The notes beneath the pieces were generated by a model. The model saw only the letters and a program-made list of their open reading frames with translations, was not told the DNA's origin and did no database searches. The position numbers and the translations under genes are program-made. A DNA stretch of 64,000 bases from Armatimonadota bacterium (GTDB lineage: Bacteria; Armatimonadota; Fimbriimonadia; Fimbriimonadales; Fimbriimonadaceae), in NCBI GenBank assembly GCA_031400935.1, contig JANNQV010000028.1, positions 1 through 64,000 of the forward strand. Direction: 5' to 3'. Shown here one piece after another: positions 27,829 through 37,711 of this stretch. Within the stretch, counting starts at the first letter, position 1; every line of letters begins with the position of its first letter.

Positions 27829-29561
27829 ATCCCTCCCGAGTTCTGACGATCCGAAGTCGGTAGCAGAATCACGAATTTTGCGCCGCTCCCTTCTTTGCCT
27901 ATTTCCAAAACCGTACCACCATGAGCATCCGCAATGCCTTTAACTATAGAAAGGCCTAATCCCATCCCTTTCACACGACTGCTGTGAAAAGGCTCGAAAA
28001 TCACCTCTTTGCGGCTTTCTTCGACGCCCGGCCCATTATCTTCTATCGAAAACTCCACAAACCGCCCGACAGGTCCCAATTTTGCCATTACCAAGGTATT
28101 TGCATCTGCCATTCGAGTTGAAATGCTGGTGTTTCCTTCCTCCACAAAGTGCAGCGCGTTTTCAATAAGTTCCGAGATTGCCCGACGAAGCTTATTCGCG
28201 TCAAACCTTAAGACCGGGATCGAATCTTCCAACCTCAATTCAAGCTTGACTCCGCTTCTCTTGGGAAAAACCTCTTCTACTGTCTCACGCACCAATTCGT
28301 TCAAATCGCCTTCGGTCAAATGAAGCTGCGCAGCGGTTACAAAATCGCGAAATTCTTGTAGCAACTCCTGGAGACGATTGATGTTCGCTCCAAATCCCCT
28401 TTGAAGCTTTTGCAATTCTTTGACATCAACGGGTTCGCGCGAAAGTTGATATTCGAACTCGTTTGAATCGCCTTGAAGGGCAAATACTCGATTTCCAATC
28501 ATGTGCGAACTCTTCGCACTAAGTTCGCCCCATGCGCTAAGCCTCTCGTTTTGAACAAGTTTGCCAATCGCCCGTACCGAGTCAATGGCGATTGCAGTTT
28601 GGTCGGAAATTGCAACCAAAAGCCGCTCGTCCGCCGATGTGAATCGGTTATCCAAGAATTCGTTATCCGGTATCTTTCTCAGAGCGCGAATCGCTCCAAT
28701 GCTCTTTCCTCTAATCAAAATTGGAACTGCCAAAAAGGAAGCGATTTCCTCACTTGGAATCTCAGTAAATTTGCCTCGCCATCTTGGGTCGCCCTGCGGG
28801 CGTTCCAGCAAAATTGACTTGCCTTCGCTGCAAACCCATCCTGTAAATCCTTCTCCAGCTTCGTATGAAAACTCTCCCAAGCGATCTCGAAGCGCACCTG
28901 TAGATGCCCGGAGCACAAACGTCTGCGTTCTGTCGTCAAACAAGAATATGGAGCAAGCCTGGAATCGCAGGACTTGCTCTGCCACATCAATAACCCGGAT
29001 CAAAATCTCTTCTTCGGTCAGCGCATCGTCAATCGCGGCGCCAATTTCAACCAATGCTTCTTCTCTGGCTCGGGCAATTTCCCTCTCCAGCACGAAAGCG
29101 GCTATTGAGGCAAACAACTTTCCCATTTCGATATCTGTGTCATGAAAATTGTCCAGCAAATCAGATTCAAAATCCAAAACCGCCTGCAATTTGCCATGCG
29201 AATCTCGAACAGGCACGGCCATCTCAGATTTCGTACTGGCATAAAGCTGGTGATAAACGGCAACTTCAGCCACATTTCCTGTGACAAATGGCTTGCCAGT
29301 CGCAGCAACTTGAGCCGTGATTCCAGTCCTTTTGCCGATATCTACCGCCAAAGAATGTTCGGATTCCTCGCCCTTCCAATCTGGCCCTGAACCAAATTCA
29401 AAGTCGAGTTGACCTTCTTCCCGATTCAGAATCGCAAAGAGCACATTTCGGCTTCTTGTAAACTCGCGAGCCGTTTCCGTGATAATTGTTATCGCCTCTG
29501 CAAAGCGGCCTTCTTGAAGTACACGTTCCAAAAGTTCGTGAATGGCGGCCACCGAGGTCAT
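27825..29561 (-). CDS. Tandem-GAF sensor histidine kinase
   Basis: Two GAF domains, H-box SSHMIGN, and HATPase ELIENA, DNGPG and GMGLGL motifs. Confidence 0.93.
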   Translation of the reverse strand: MTSVAAIHELLERVLQEGRFAEAITIITETAREFTRSRNVLFAILNREEGQLDFEFGSGPDWKGEESEHSLAVDIGKRTGITAQVAATGKPFVTGNVAEVAVYHQLYASTKSEMAVPVRDSHGKLQAVLDFESDLLDNFHDTDIEMGKLFASIAAFVLEREIARAREEALVEIGAAIDDALTEEEILIRVIDVAEQVLRFQACSIFLFDDRTQTFVLRASTGALRDRLGEFSYEAGEGFTGWVCSEGKSILLERPQGDPRWRGKFTEIPSEEIASFLAVPILIRGKSIGAIRALRKIPDNEFLDNRFTSADERLLVAISDQTAIAIDSVRAIGKLVQNERLSAWGELSAKSSHMIGNRVFALQGDSNEFEYQLSREPVDVKELQKLQRGFGANINRLQELLQEFRDFVTAAQLHLTEGDLNELVRETVEEVFPKRSGVKLELRLEDSIPVLRFDANKLRRAISELIENALHFVEEGNTSISTRMADANTLVMAKLGPVGRFVEFSIEDNGPGVEESRKEVIFEPFHSSRVKGMGLGLSIVKGIADAHGGTVLEIGKEGSGAKFVILLPTSDRQNSGGI

Positions 29562-29627
29562 GAAAGTGAGTGTACTTGAGGGAGAATTTTGCAGGTTGGC
29601 AGTTGCCTATTTACTAAATTTCAAGAG

Positions 29628-29720
29628 ACCCTCACCCCCTTACCCCCTCTCCCTCTTGCTACGCTTCAGGGAGAGGGGAATATCGCAATTCACAATCCAC
29701 AATCTACAATCCACAATCCT
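29628..29720. repeat. CCCCTC-type REP element followed by a heptamer array (ACAATCC/T)
   Basis: ccctcaccccctacccctctccc...gggagagggga followed by acaatccacaatctacaatccacaatcc. Confidence 0.7.
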
Positions 29721-29758
29721 CCGCATCCCAGCATTCACCCTCCCGGTACAATCCCAAA

Positions 29759-30715
29759 ATGCTTGGCGCGGCGATGGAATCGGAAATTCGGGAGCAACCA
29801 AAAGTTCTCCATGAGAATTCCAGTGCCTATTTTGAATCGGCGAAGGAAGCAATTCAGGGCAAACAGTTCAAAATGGTGCTTTTGGTGGCACGGGGATCTA
29901 GCGACCACGCCGCTCTTTACGCCCGCTACCTATTCGAGATCGTATTAGGAATTCCCGTTATTTTAGCTGCGCCATCAGTCCTCACAAAATATGGCGTTCG
30001 AGTTCGATATGAAAACTGCCTCGCGATAGGAATCTCGCAAAGCGGAGCCGCGCCCGACGTTTCCGAAGTCATTTCTGCACTGCGACAGGACGGCCATACA
30101 ACGATCGGAATCACAAATACAGCTGGCTCAAGGTTGGAACTAGGGGCAGAATCTACGATTTTCCTTAACGCAGGCATCGAAAAAAGTGTAGCGGCAACAA
30201 AGACCTATTCGGCTTCCCTGCTCGTCATTCTCCAAATCGCCCGTGCTCTTGGAGCGGAATTGCCTGATCCAGGTAATGCTCTGCCAAACGACGAATGGGT
30301 CTCGAGTTGTAATCAGATCGCCCAGGTTCAATCAGGCTGGATTGTCCGTTCTACGACCCTTTTTGCTCTCGCTAGAGGATACAGCTTTTGCACAGCCTTT
30401 GAAACAGCGCTGAAACTCATGGAATGCGCTTTGATTCCTTGCAAACCTTATTCAAGCGCAGACTTTCAACATGGACCCAAGGCTCTCGCTGGACCAGGTT
30501 CAACGGCGATCGTTTATGGCGATCCGCTGCCATTTCTCGAAATTCAGGGGTGCCATTCCATAGTTGCTCCTCGTCCTTTCCATGACTTGCCAGATTATTT
30601 GCAGCCAATTTGGGATATCGTTTTCGGGCAATGGCTTGCCCTCAGTGCAGCCAGGGCTCGAGGACTCGATCCCGATGATCCTCAGTTTTTGGATAAGGTG
30701 ACGGAGACGCTTTGA
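29759..30715 (+). CDS. SIS-domain sugar isomerase/deaminase (GlmS isomerase-like)
   Basis: EIREQP, ARGSSDHA, ISQSG, VAATKTY, ETALKLME, HGP and RGLDPDDP motifs. Confidence 0.92.
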   Translation: MLGAAMESEIREQPKVLHENSSAYFESAKEAIQGKQFKMVLLVARGSSDHAALYARYLFEIVLGIPVILAAPSVLTKYGVRVRYENCLAIGISQSGAAPDVSEVISALRQDGHTTIGITNTAGSRLELGAESTIFLNAGIEKSVAATKTYSASLLVILQIARALGAELPDPGNALPNDEWVSSCNQIAQVQSGWIVRSTTLFALARGYSFCTAFETALKLMECALIPCKPYSSADFQHGPKALAGPGSTAIVYGDPLPFLEIQGCHSIVAPRPFHDLPDYLQPIWDIVFGQWLALSAARARGLDPDDPQFLDKVTETL

Positions 30716-30782
30716 GGGGGAGTTTTGGAGTCTTTTGCCTAGCAGTGTGCGGTAAGCAGTAAGCAGTTGTCGGTTATCTGTA

Positions 30783-30850
30783 TTCACCCAGTTCACCCAG
30801 TTCACCCAGTTCACCCAAATCACCAAACACCCCAACACCCATACTCCAAA
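30783..30850. repeat. 9-nt tandem repeat (TTCACCCAG)n, degenerating
   Basis: ttcacccagttcacccagttcacccagttcaccc is directly visible. Confidence 0.85.
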
Positions 30851-30854
30851 GAAA

Positions 30855-31607
30855 ATGGACTCCATCAAATTCACCACGATCGCACACATGGGACGGCGGT
30901 TTCTCGTGCCAATCCAGCTTGAACAAGCCAGCGTGCTATTGAGGCATTTGAACCTGACCATCGAAGACAAGATCGTAGACTTTGGATGCGGGAAGGGCGA
31001 ATTCCTGATCCGCGCCGCAGAACAATACGGCTGCGAAGGCCTTGGAATTGATAAAAACCCGACGTTCATTTTCGAAGCGAACTATGCCGCGGAGAATCAC
31101 AATGTAAGCGAACTTGTAAAATTTGATCTGGCCGAAGGAAACAAGGTTTACAACGAATTGCATGGCTTTTCAGTCGGAATTTGCACGGGTGCAACCCACG
31201 CCTTAAACGGCTTTGATCGTGCTCTTCATATTTTTAACGAAATGCTCCAAGTTGGCGGACGGATCTTGATTGCGGAAGGCTTTTGGAACAAACCTCCCCG
31301 TCAAGAATACTTGGATCTTTTGGGCTGTGACGTATCGGAATTGAACACTCACGAAGCGAATCGCCGAATACTAGGTGAGTGTGGCTTTGAACTAATTCAC
31401 TCAATGGTTAGCACGATCGAGGATTGGGATGCCTATGAAGGCGATTACGCGAAAGCCGTCTTTGATTATTTAAAGGAGTACCCGGACGATCCCGATTGCC
31501 CTGCAATGCTGAGCCGCATCCAAACGTGGAACGACGGATATAAGAATTGGGGAAGAGACACTCTTGGGCTTGGTTGGTACGTTGGCGAGAAGCGAGAAAC
31601 AAGCTAA
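30855..31607 (+). CDS. Class I SAM-dependent methyltransferase
   Basis: VDFGCGKG, GID and the C-terminal RDTLG motif. Confidence 0.9.
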   Translation: MDSIKFTTIAHMGRRFLVPIQLEQASVLLRHLNLTIEDKIVDFGCGKGEFLIRAAEQYGCEGLGIDKNPTFIFEANYAAENHNVSELVKFDLAEGNKVYNELHGFSVGICTGATHALNGFDRALHIFNEMLQVGGRILIAEGFWNKPPRQEYLDLLGCDVSELNTHEANRRILGECGFELIHSMVSTIEDWDAYEGDYAKAVFDYLKEYPDDPDCPAMLSRIQTWNDGYKNWGRDTLGLGWYVGEKRETS

Positions 31608-31616
31608 AATCCCAAA

Positions 31617-32693
31617 ATGATTGGCAAAACATCTCTTGCATCCCTGCCCTACCTTCGAGACTATAAATCCAAACGAAGCTCGAGCTTTGATCGCCAGGGA
31701 AACAACAACGACTGGTTTACTTTTAAGCCAGGCGAAAAACAGAACATTTTTTTATCAAAAGATCCTGGTTGCATCAAGCATATTTGGATGACTGTCGGCA
31801 ACGGCGGCCCTAATCATTTGCGAAGGATCACATTGCGAGCGTGGTGGGATGGCGAAGCGAATCCGAGCATCGAGGTACCGCTAGGAGATTTTTTTGGGAT
31901 TGGGTTCAGTGTTCACAAGAATTTCACGTCCCTCCCTTTGCAAATGTCGCCCCAAGATGGCCGAGCCATGAACTGCTGGTTTCCTATGCCATTCAATGCC
32001 GCCAGAGTTGAAATTGAAAGTGAATGTCTAGAAGATTTCAACCTTTACTTCTACATTGATTACGAAGAATACGAGCAGCCTCACGACGACGATGTCGCCC
32101 GATTTCACACACAATGGCGACGCGAAAATCCGACGGAAGGATGGTTAACCGAACGGTTAAATAACGAGAATCTGTTCGACATTTGGGGGCGAAAACCCAA
32201 CGTAAATGGGGCTGACAACTACACAATTCTTGAAGCGGAAGGCAACGGCATTTACGTAGGTTGCAACCTAAATGTTGACGTTTTCGAACGGCAAGGCAAC
32301 GATTGGTACGGTGAAGGCGACGACATGATTTTCATTGACGGGGAACCTTGGCCGCCGTCGCTTCATGGCACGGGAACAGAAGATTACTTCAATACTGCGT
32401 TCTGCCCGACGACCGAATTTTCAGCACCTTTTCATGGGGTTACCGTTTATTCCGGAAATTCCAATTGGCCCTGGAAAGGGAGAAACTCCATGTACCGATT
32501 TCATATTGAAGACCCAATCCGGTTCCGAAAATCCATTCGCGTCACGATAGAGCACGGCCACGCAAACAAGCTTTCAAACGATTATTCGTCAACTGCTTAT
32601 TGGTATCAATGCGAACCGCACTCAAAATTCCCTGAACTCGTACCGATCGAAGGCAGGCTGCCAAGGCCGATCGAGCCAGAATTTGGGAAGTAG
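31617..32693 (+). CDS. DUF2961 / glycoside hydrolase family 172 protein
   Basis: GCIKHIWMT, VPLGDFFG, PMPF, WYGEGDD, GTGTEDYF and SSTAYWYQ motifs. Confidence 0.93.
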   Translation: MIGKTSLASLPYLRDYKSKRSSSFDRQGNNNDWFTFKPGEKQNIFLSKDPGCIKHIWMTVGNGGPNHLRRITLRAWWDGEANPSIEVPLGDFFGIGFSVHKNFTSLPLQMSPQDGRAMNCWFPMPFNAARVEIESECLEDFNLYFYIDYEEYEQPHDDDVARFHTQWRRENPTEGWLTERLNNENLFDIWGRKPNVNGADNYTILEAEGNGIYVGCNLNVDVFERQGNDWYGEGDDMIFIDGEPWPPSLHGTGTEDYFNTAFCPTTEFSAPFHGVTVYSGNSNWPWKGRNSMYRFHIEDPIRFRKSIRVTIEHGHANKLSNDYSSTAYWYQCEPHSKFPELVPIEGRLPRPIEPEFGK

Positions 32694-32723
32694 ATTTCCC
32701 ACTACCTCAGATACAATCCTATT

Positions 32724-34562
32724 GTGAAGCACCAACTCCGCATTTTTGCGCTTCTGGCAATCTGCCTAATCGCCTCCCATGCGATTTCTCAAAAATTCGT
32801 CACAGAACAGTTCGATGTCAAAGCCAAAATTATGCCGAATCGAACCGTGGAATTCTCAGAATTCATCACGGTTCGATTTACCGAACGTCAGCGCGGCCTC
32901 ATTCGAACGCTTCCTTTCCGTACCAAAGGATCAAAAGGTACTAGGAAAGTTCGCTACACTCTTGCAAGTGCCTCCGTTGATGGCGGGCCAACTCGAGCAG
33001 ACGACAAGATTGACGGCGGCGATTGGAGCGTTCGACTTGGAGATGGAAACAAATGGCTCGAAGGCAGACACACATTCGTGCTTCGTTACCAGGTTCAAGG
33101 TGCGCTCACGGATATCGGTGATGACGGTTACAAACTTGGCCCTAGAACCGAATTTTTTTGGAATATGCTGCCAACGCATTGGCGTACGCAAATTCCAGCG
33201 GCAACAATCACAATAGACTTTCCCGAACCCGTAAACGACAAGTATGCCGCTCGAATTCTGTTTGGAGAACTTGGCACAAAATTTGGCGTTCAAGTTGAAA
33301 GCGACGGGAAGACCATTGGCGATCCGAGTTTGATTGATGCCAAATTCACATCAAAAACGCAATTGGTGTATTTCATCAAGAAGGCGAACCAGCCAGGATG
33401 GACGACAACAGTAATTCTTGGCTTGCCAGAAGGCACTATTGAGAAGGGCGGAGCCAACATAGTTCCAATTGGGCAATCCAACGACGAGCTTCGAGATCAA
33501 GAGGTTGACCGCTGGATTAAGCAAGTCCAAGCGAAGTCGAACCCTATTGGCGCGATTTTTCCAGCGATTCCCGCAATTCTTGCATTCTTGCTGTTTAAGA
33601 AGAAGCATGAAAAACCGCTTGTCGTTCGCTATGACCCGCCAGTCGGCATTTCAGCACCCGACGCAGGCATCATTGACGACACTCGATTTGACCCCAGGGA
33701 CCTTTGTGCGGCGATCATTTCTATTGCCCAGAAGGGTTATTGGAACTTAGCCAAAGTTGGCGACAGTTCTGTCATCCAATTTGTCGAGAACCGAAAGAAG
33801 AAGCCCTTGAACGATTTTGAACAGTCGGTTTATGCTGCACTCGCACCTATGGCGCCCGAAGTCAGTGCTGAAACCTTAAAGACGGACTTTCGTCAGCAGT
33901 TCAAAGACCTTTCCGTGCAGTTGCAGCAACGCCACGACACCATGAGCTGGGCACCAAAATATGCAGCCGCCAACGGGTGCATAGGATGCCTCATCATTGG
34001 AATGAGCATCCCGCTTGCTTTAGTTCTCATCTCGTTTTTTGGATTTTGGTCACTCGCTGGAATTCCTCTTGCCATTTTCGTCAGCATTTTCGCAATAAGG
34101 CGAAGATCAAACTATAACGATATCGGCGATGATATTCGATGGCAAATCCGCGGCTTCAAGGAATTCATTAGGCGAGCCCACGAAAAAGAACTGAACTGGA
34201 TGGCAGAAAAGCATCCGGATCAATCCGTATTCGAAAGTCTTTTGCCGTTTGCCGTTGCCTTCAATTTAGTGAAGGAGTGGGGACAGGCATTCGAAGGAGT
34301 CCAATTTGCCCCGCCCGAATGGTGTTCTGATGGCAGCAACATGACGATGTGGAATTACTTTTGGATTTCTAGCATGGTTAACGACTATTCAAACGAATGG
34401 AGCGATTCAATAAGCGATGCGATCTCCACATTCGATTCCGGAGGAATGTTTAGCGACGGCGGCAGCGGTTTCGGTTCGGACGACTATAGCAGTGGAGGAG
34501 GATTCGATGGCGGCGGTTCGAGCGGCGATGGCGGAGGCGGTGGAGGCGGGGATAGTTGGTAG
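32724..34562 (+). CDS. DUF2207 membrane protein
   Basis: Signal peptide, EFFWN, TM segments, LPFAVAF and a C-terminal GGGGGGDSW. Confidence 0.9.
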   Translation: MKHQLRIFALLAICLIASHAISQKFVTEQFDVKAKIMPNRTVEFSEFITVRFTERQRGLIRTLPFRTKGSKGTRKVRYTLASASVDGGPTRADDKIDGGDWSVRLGDGNKWLEGRHTFVLRYQVQGALTDIGDDGYKLGPRTEFFWNMLPTHWRTQIPAATITIDFPEPVNDKYAARILFGELGTKFGVQVESDGKTIGDPSLIDAKFTSKTQLVYFIKKANQPGWTTTVILGLPEGTIEKGGANIVPIGQSNDELRDQEVDRWIKQVQAKSNPIGAIFPAIPAILAFLLFKKKHEKPLVVRYDPPVGISAPDAGIIDDTRFDPRDLCAAIISIAQKGYWNLAKVGDSSVIQFVENRKKKPLNDFEQSVYAALAPMAPEVSAETLKTDFRQQFKDLSVQLQQRHDTMSWAPKYAAANGCIGCLIIGMSIPLALVLISFFGFWSLAGIPLAIFVSIFAIRRRSNYNDIGDDIRWQIRGFKEFIRRAHEKELNWMAEKHPDQSVFESLLPFAVAFNLVKEWGQAFEGVQFAPPEWCSDGSNMTMWNYFWISSMVNDYSNEWSDSISDAISTFDSGGMFSDGGSGFGSDDYSSGGGFDGGGSSGDGGGGGGGDSW

Positions 34563-34682
34563 CCCACATATGGAGCGCGGGCACTCAGCCCGCACAAGGT
34601 CCACGGACACTCAGTCCGTGCTTTTGCTAAAGGGATTTAAAACCTAAAAAACCCACACACTAAACCCTATACCCCGTACCCT

Positions 34683-35702
34683 ATGCCCTTGGAAATGCTC
34701 TCTGACTACGACTACAACCTCCCCGAAGAACTGATAGCGCAATCGCCGCTCTCTGACAGGTCGGCATCGCGATTGCTCTGCCTTGATCGAAGCACCGGAA
34801 AGGTCAAACATGCCCGATTTCGCGAAGTCCCTCACCTATTTGAACCCGGCGACCTACTCGTTCTCAACGACACGCGAGTTACTGCCTTGCGGCTCTTTGG
34901 CAATCGGCAATCGGGAGGAAAAACTGAACTCTTACTTTTGAAAGACTTGGGAGATGGCAAGTTTGAAGCACTGGCAAAGCCCGCCAAGCGGCTCAAAATT
35001 GGTTCTATCATTGAATTCGAAAACGGCCTTCAAGGAAAAATTTCCGCAGAGTTAAGTGACGGACAGCGGGAAATTGATTTTTCTGATTCAAATGATTGGA
35101 AGGAACGACTGATGGAAATTGGCCAAACCCCGCTTCCGCCGTACATTACAGAAGAGCTTCAGGACTCAGAGCGATACCAAACTGTTTATGCTACATGTGG
35201 CGGAAGTGCCGCCGCCCCAACCGCTGGCCTTCATTTCACATCTGAAATCCTCTCGGAATTGGAACGAAATGGAATCGAAATCGCTCGAGTCACCCTTGAT
35301 GTTGGACTCGACACATTCCGCCCAGTTCAAGCCGAAAACCTTGAGAATCACGTCATGCACGGCGAAGTATGTCGAATTGATGAGGCCAATGCAGACAAAA
35401 TCAATAAATCAACAGCAAAAATTATCGCTGTTGGCACGACTGCTGTAAGAACCCTAGAATCCTTTGCTATCGGTCACCGCAAGGTCAAAAGCGGCGAAGT
35501 GTCAACCCAAATATTCATTCGTCCAGGCTATAATTTCCAAATCATTGACGGAATGTTTACCAATTTTCACTTGCCCCGCACTACTATGCTCATGATGATT
35601 TCAGCTTTCGCAAGTCAAGAATCCATCTTCAACGCCTATGAAGTCGCCGTGTGCGAAAATTACCGGTTTCTTTCATTTGGCGATAGCATGTTAATTTTTT
35701 AA
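34683..35702 (+). CDS. queA: S-adenosylmethionine:tRNA ribosyltransferase-isomerase
   Basis: DYNLPEELIAQ, PLPPYI, AAPTAGLHF, TNFHLP and YRFLSFGD motifs. Confidence 0.98.
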   Translation: MPLEMLSDYDYNLPEELIAQSPLSDRSASRLLCLDRSTGKVKHARFREVPHLFEPGDLLVLNDTRVTALRLFGNRQSGGKTELLLLKDLGDGKFEALAKPAKRLKIGSIIEFENGLQGKISAELSDGQREIDFSDSNDWKERLMEIGQTPLPPYITEELQDSERYQTVYATCGGSAAAPTAGLHFTSEILSELERNGIEIARVTLDVGLDTFRPVQAENLENHVMHGEVCRIDEANADKINKSTAKIIAVGTTAVRTLESFAIGHRKVKSGEVSTQIFIRPGYNFQIIDGMFTNFHLPRTTMLMMISAFASQESIFNAYEVAVCENYRFLSFGDSMLIF

Positions 35703-35710
35703 CCGCTTTT

Positions 35711-36349
35711 TTGAAACTTCCGCCTCTTAATGAAGTAGAATTTACCGGGCGGATTTCCGCCGATTTGTTAAGGGAAACTTCATTGAAACATAAAGAATTC
35801 GATCCACTCGCCTATATTGAGAACGCCTTTTTGGATGTTCCGAAATCGCCAAAGCCAACGAAGCTGAACCAAGAAGAGTTCGATGTTGATGTACCCACCA
35901 TCGGCCAGTATTTGAAAAATGGAACTCCAGATCAGTCCAAAGCAGGTTCAAAGAAGCGATTCCGAAAGACCGAAATGAGCGCACCGCGCCCACGGCGTTC
36001 TAAGAAAGCCCATCAAGCAAGCTCGATTGACCCAACCCTTCAAGCTGTGTGGGAATCACTCCCAAAAAATGTCGAATTTCTTGCAGGTTCATTTAACGAT
36101 GAAAACACCGCGAACTACTATCGCGGAGATTTCAAGGAATCTCGCCAAGAACTGATCAAACGACTTCTGGATCCCGAACTCTCGCTCGAAGAAACAAGCC
36201 GCCTTCTTGGAGTCGTACCTGCCACCGTTCGGCGATACACAAATCGAGGATGGCTGAATCACCACCGAACGATTGGCGGGCAGCGCAGGTTCCGGCTAAG
36301 CGATGTAGTTAAGTTTGTGGAGCTTCACGGAAGATTCCCGGAAGAGTAA
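35711..36349 (+). CDS. Protein with a C-terminal excisionase/MerR-type (HTH_17, BldC-like) DNA-binding domain
   Basis: LSLEETSRLLGVVPATVRRYTNRG...RTIGGQRRFRLSDV. Confidence 0.85.
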   Translation: MKLPPLNEVEFTGRISADLLRETSLKHKEFDPLAYIENAFLDVPKSPKPTKLNQEEFDVDVPTIGQYLKNGTPDQSKAGSKKRFRKTEMSAPRPRRSKKAHQASSIDPTLQAVWESLPKNVEFLAGSFNDENTANYYRGDFKESRQELIKRLLDPELSLEETSRLLGVVPATVRRYTNRGWLNHHRTIGGQRRFRLSDVVKFVELHGRFPEE

Positions 36350-36396
36350 TGTGTCTACTTTAGGAGATCTCCCGTCTCGCAGTCAAAACTCGCCCG

Positions 36397-36428
36397 AATT
36401 CTCCCTTCCTTTGAAGGAAGGGAGATTG
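36397..36428. terminator. Strong hairpin (terminator or REP)
   Basis: TCTCCCTTCCTT-TG-AAGGAAGGGAGA. Confidence 0.5.
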
Positions 36429-36493
36429 TACGCTGTAACTGCAAGTCTCACCTGAGTTCCACTCGACACTTCCATTCGTGGTAAAACATCGAA

Positions 36494-36676
36494 ATGATAG
36501 GCATCAAACCGATGTCGGATTTGAAGTTGCTTGAGAGACGAATCACCTACAATGATGGCCGCGCTCCACTCGTTGCAGGGCAACCCGAAGTGCAGAAATA
36601 TCGCGCTCAGGGCCGAGAGAACAATGAGCGGGTTGGGGCTTTTTCGGCTGTAGTGAGTGTTGTGACGGTGCCGTAG
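36494..36676 (+). pseudogene. Probable 3' remnant of a larger beta-sandwich-type gene
   Basis: YNDGRAPLVAGQPEVQKYRA...VGAFSAVVSVVTVP resembles the C-terminus of FN3-like hypothetical proteins. No intact N-terminal portion is present. Confidence 0.35.
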
Positions 36677-36703
36677 TTGCGGGAATAATCTAATGAGGTG
36701 TAA

Positions 36704-36907
36704 ATGATGATTCCTTGGACAGCGGCAATTATTGGCGCGTATTGCATTGTTTGGCTGGCCGACATGATAACACCAAAAAGGGAAAACGGAACGTCAAAAG
36801 TCGGAAGCTTGGCCGTTCTGGCGATATTTCTCATTTTGTTTGCGCTGTACATGATCTTTGATGCTTCTCTGCGAGTGGAAGGTCAAATGCCTCGAATTCC
36901 GTTGTAG
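36704..36907 (+). CDS. Small membrane protein with 2 TM segments
   Basis: GAGGT RBS and two hydrophobic helices. Confidence 0.6.
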   Translation: MMIPWTAAIIGAYCIVWLADMITPKRENGTSKVGSLAVLAIFLILFALYMIFDASLRVEGQMPRIPL

Positions 36908-36917
36908 CGAGCCGCGA

Positions 36918-37643
36918 ATGAAACACTTGATTTTCTTCTTATTCGCAATTCCGTTTGTCCTTGGCTGCTGTTGCCCATCACCGCCAGGATCGTATGATGC
37001 CGATTAGTACGGCAATAGCAGTTCGTCATCGAATGCTCCTCAAAAACCTGAAGCAATCGCTGAACCGACGTCCCTTGAAACGGACAAAGATCGTGCAAAG
37101 GCGAAGGCAGCTGAAGAAAAGGCGAGAGTAGCTGAGGAAAAGAGGAAGGTAGCTGAAGGAAAGAAGAAGAAGGCGCGTATCACTTCGCTAAAAGCAAAGA
37201 TTCGCAAGAAGTACATAAAGTTTGACAACATTACGTGGTACCAGCATAAGAGCGAACCAAAGTACATGGACACGCGAAGTTTCCTAGTTGTTTACTTCCA
37301 ATGTGATAGCAACGGAAACGCGGGAAACCTGCGAATCAAAAACGTATATACAGCCGACTCTTGGCTTCTTGTTGAAAGTTACCAAATAAAAACAGACGCT
37401 CAGACGTACGAGATCGAAAAGGGCTCCTTCTCTGTTGAAAGAGACAACGACTCTGAGGTTTGGGAGTGGTACGACGATCCTGTTGATGACCAAACTTTAA
37501 CAATGCTGAGGGACATCTCAACCTCGAAGAGCGTGATGATTCGCTACAAAGGGCGACAATACCACCACGACCGAACAATGGGTGCCGCTGAGAAGAAAGC
37601 AATCGCAGAAATGCTCGAACTCTACGCGCTGTTGGGCGGCTGA
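36918..37643 (+). pseudogene. Lipoprotein gene interrupted by an in-frame TAG (37005-37007)
   Basis: MKHLIFFLFAIPFVLG|CCC lipobox. After the TAG the frame stays open through a Lys/Glu/Ala coil into the 37266..37643 ORF. Confidence 0.75.
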
Positions 37644-37711
37644 TGCATTTTTGATTTTGATGTCGCAACCCGGCATACCCAATCCCCAATTTCAGCCAAA
37701 ATGGAACATTC

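Noticed and set aside
37005..37007. Pyrrolysine recoding
   Set aside because: No methylamine methyltransferase context and no pyl genes in the window. A nonsense mutation or error is more parsimonious.
35711..37650. Prophage or ICE signalled by the excisionase-like HTH
   Set aside because: No integrase, att repeats, tRNA or phage genes. The HTH gene sits in an operon with queA.
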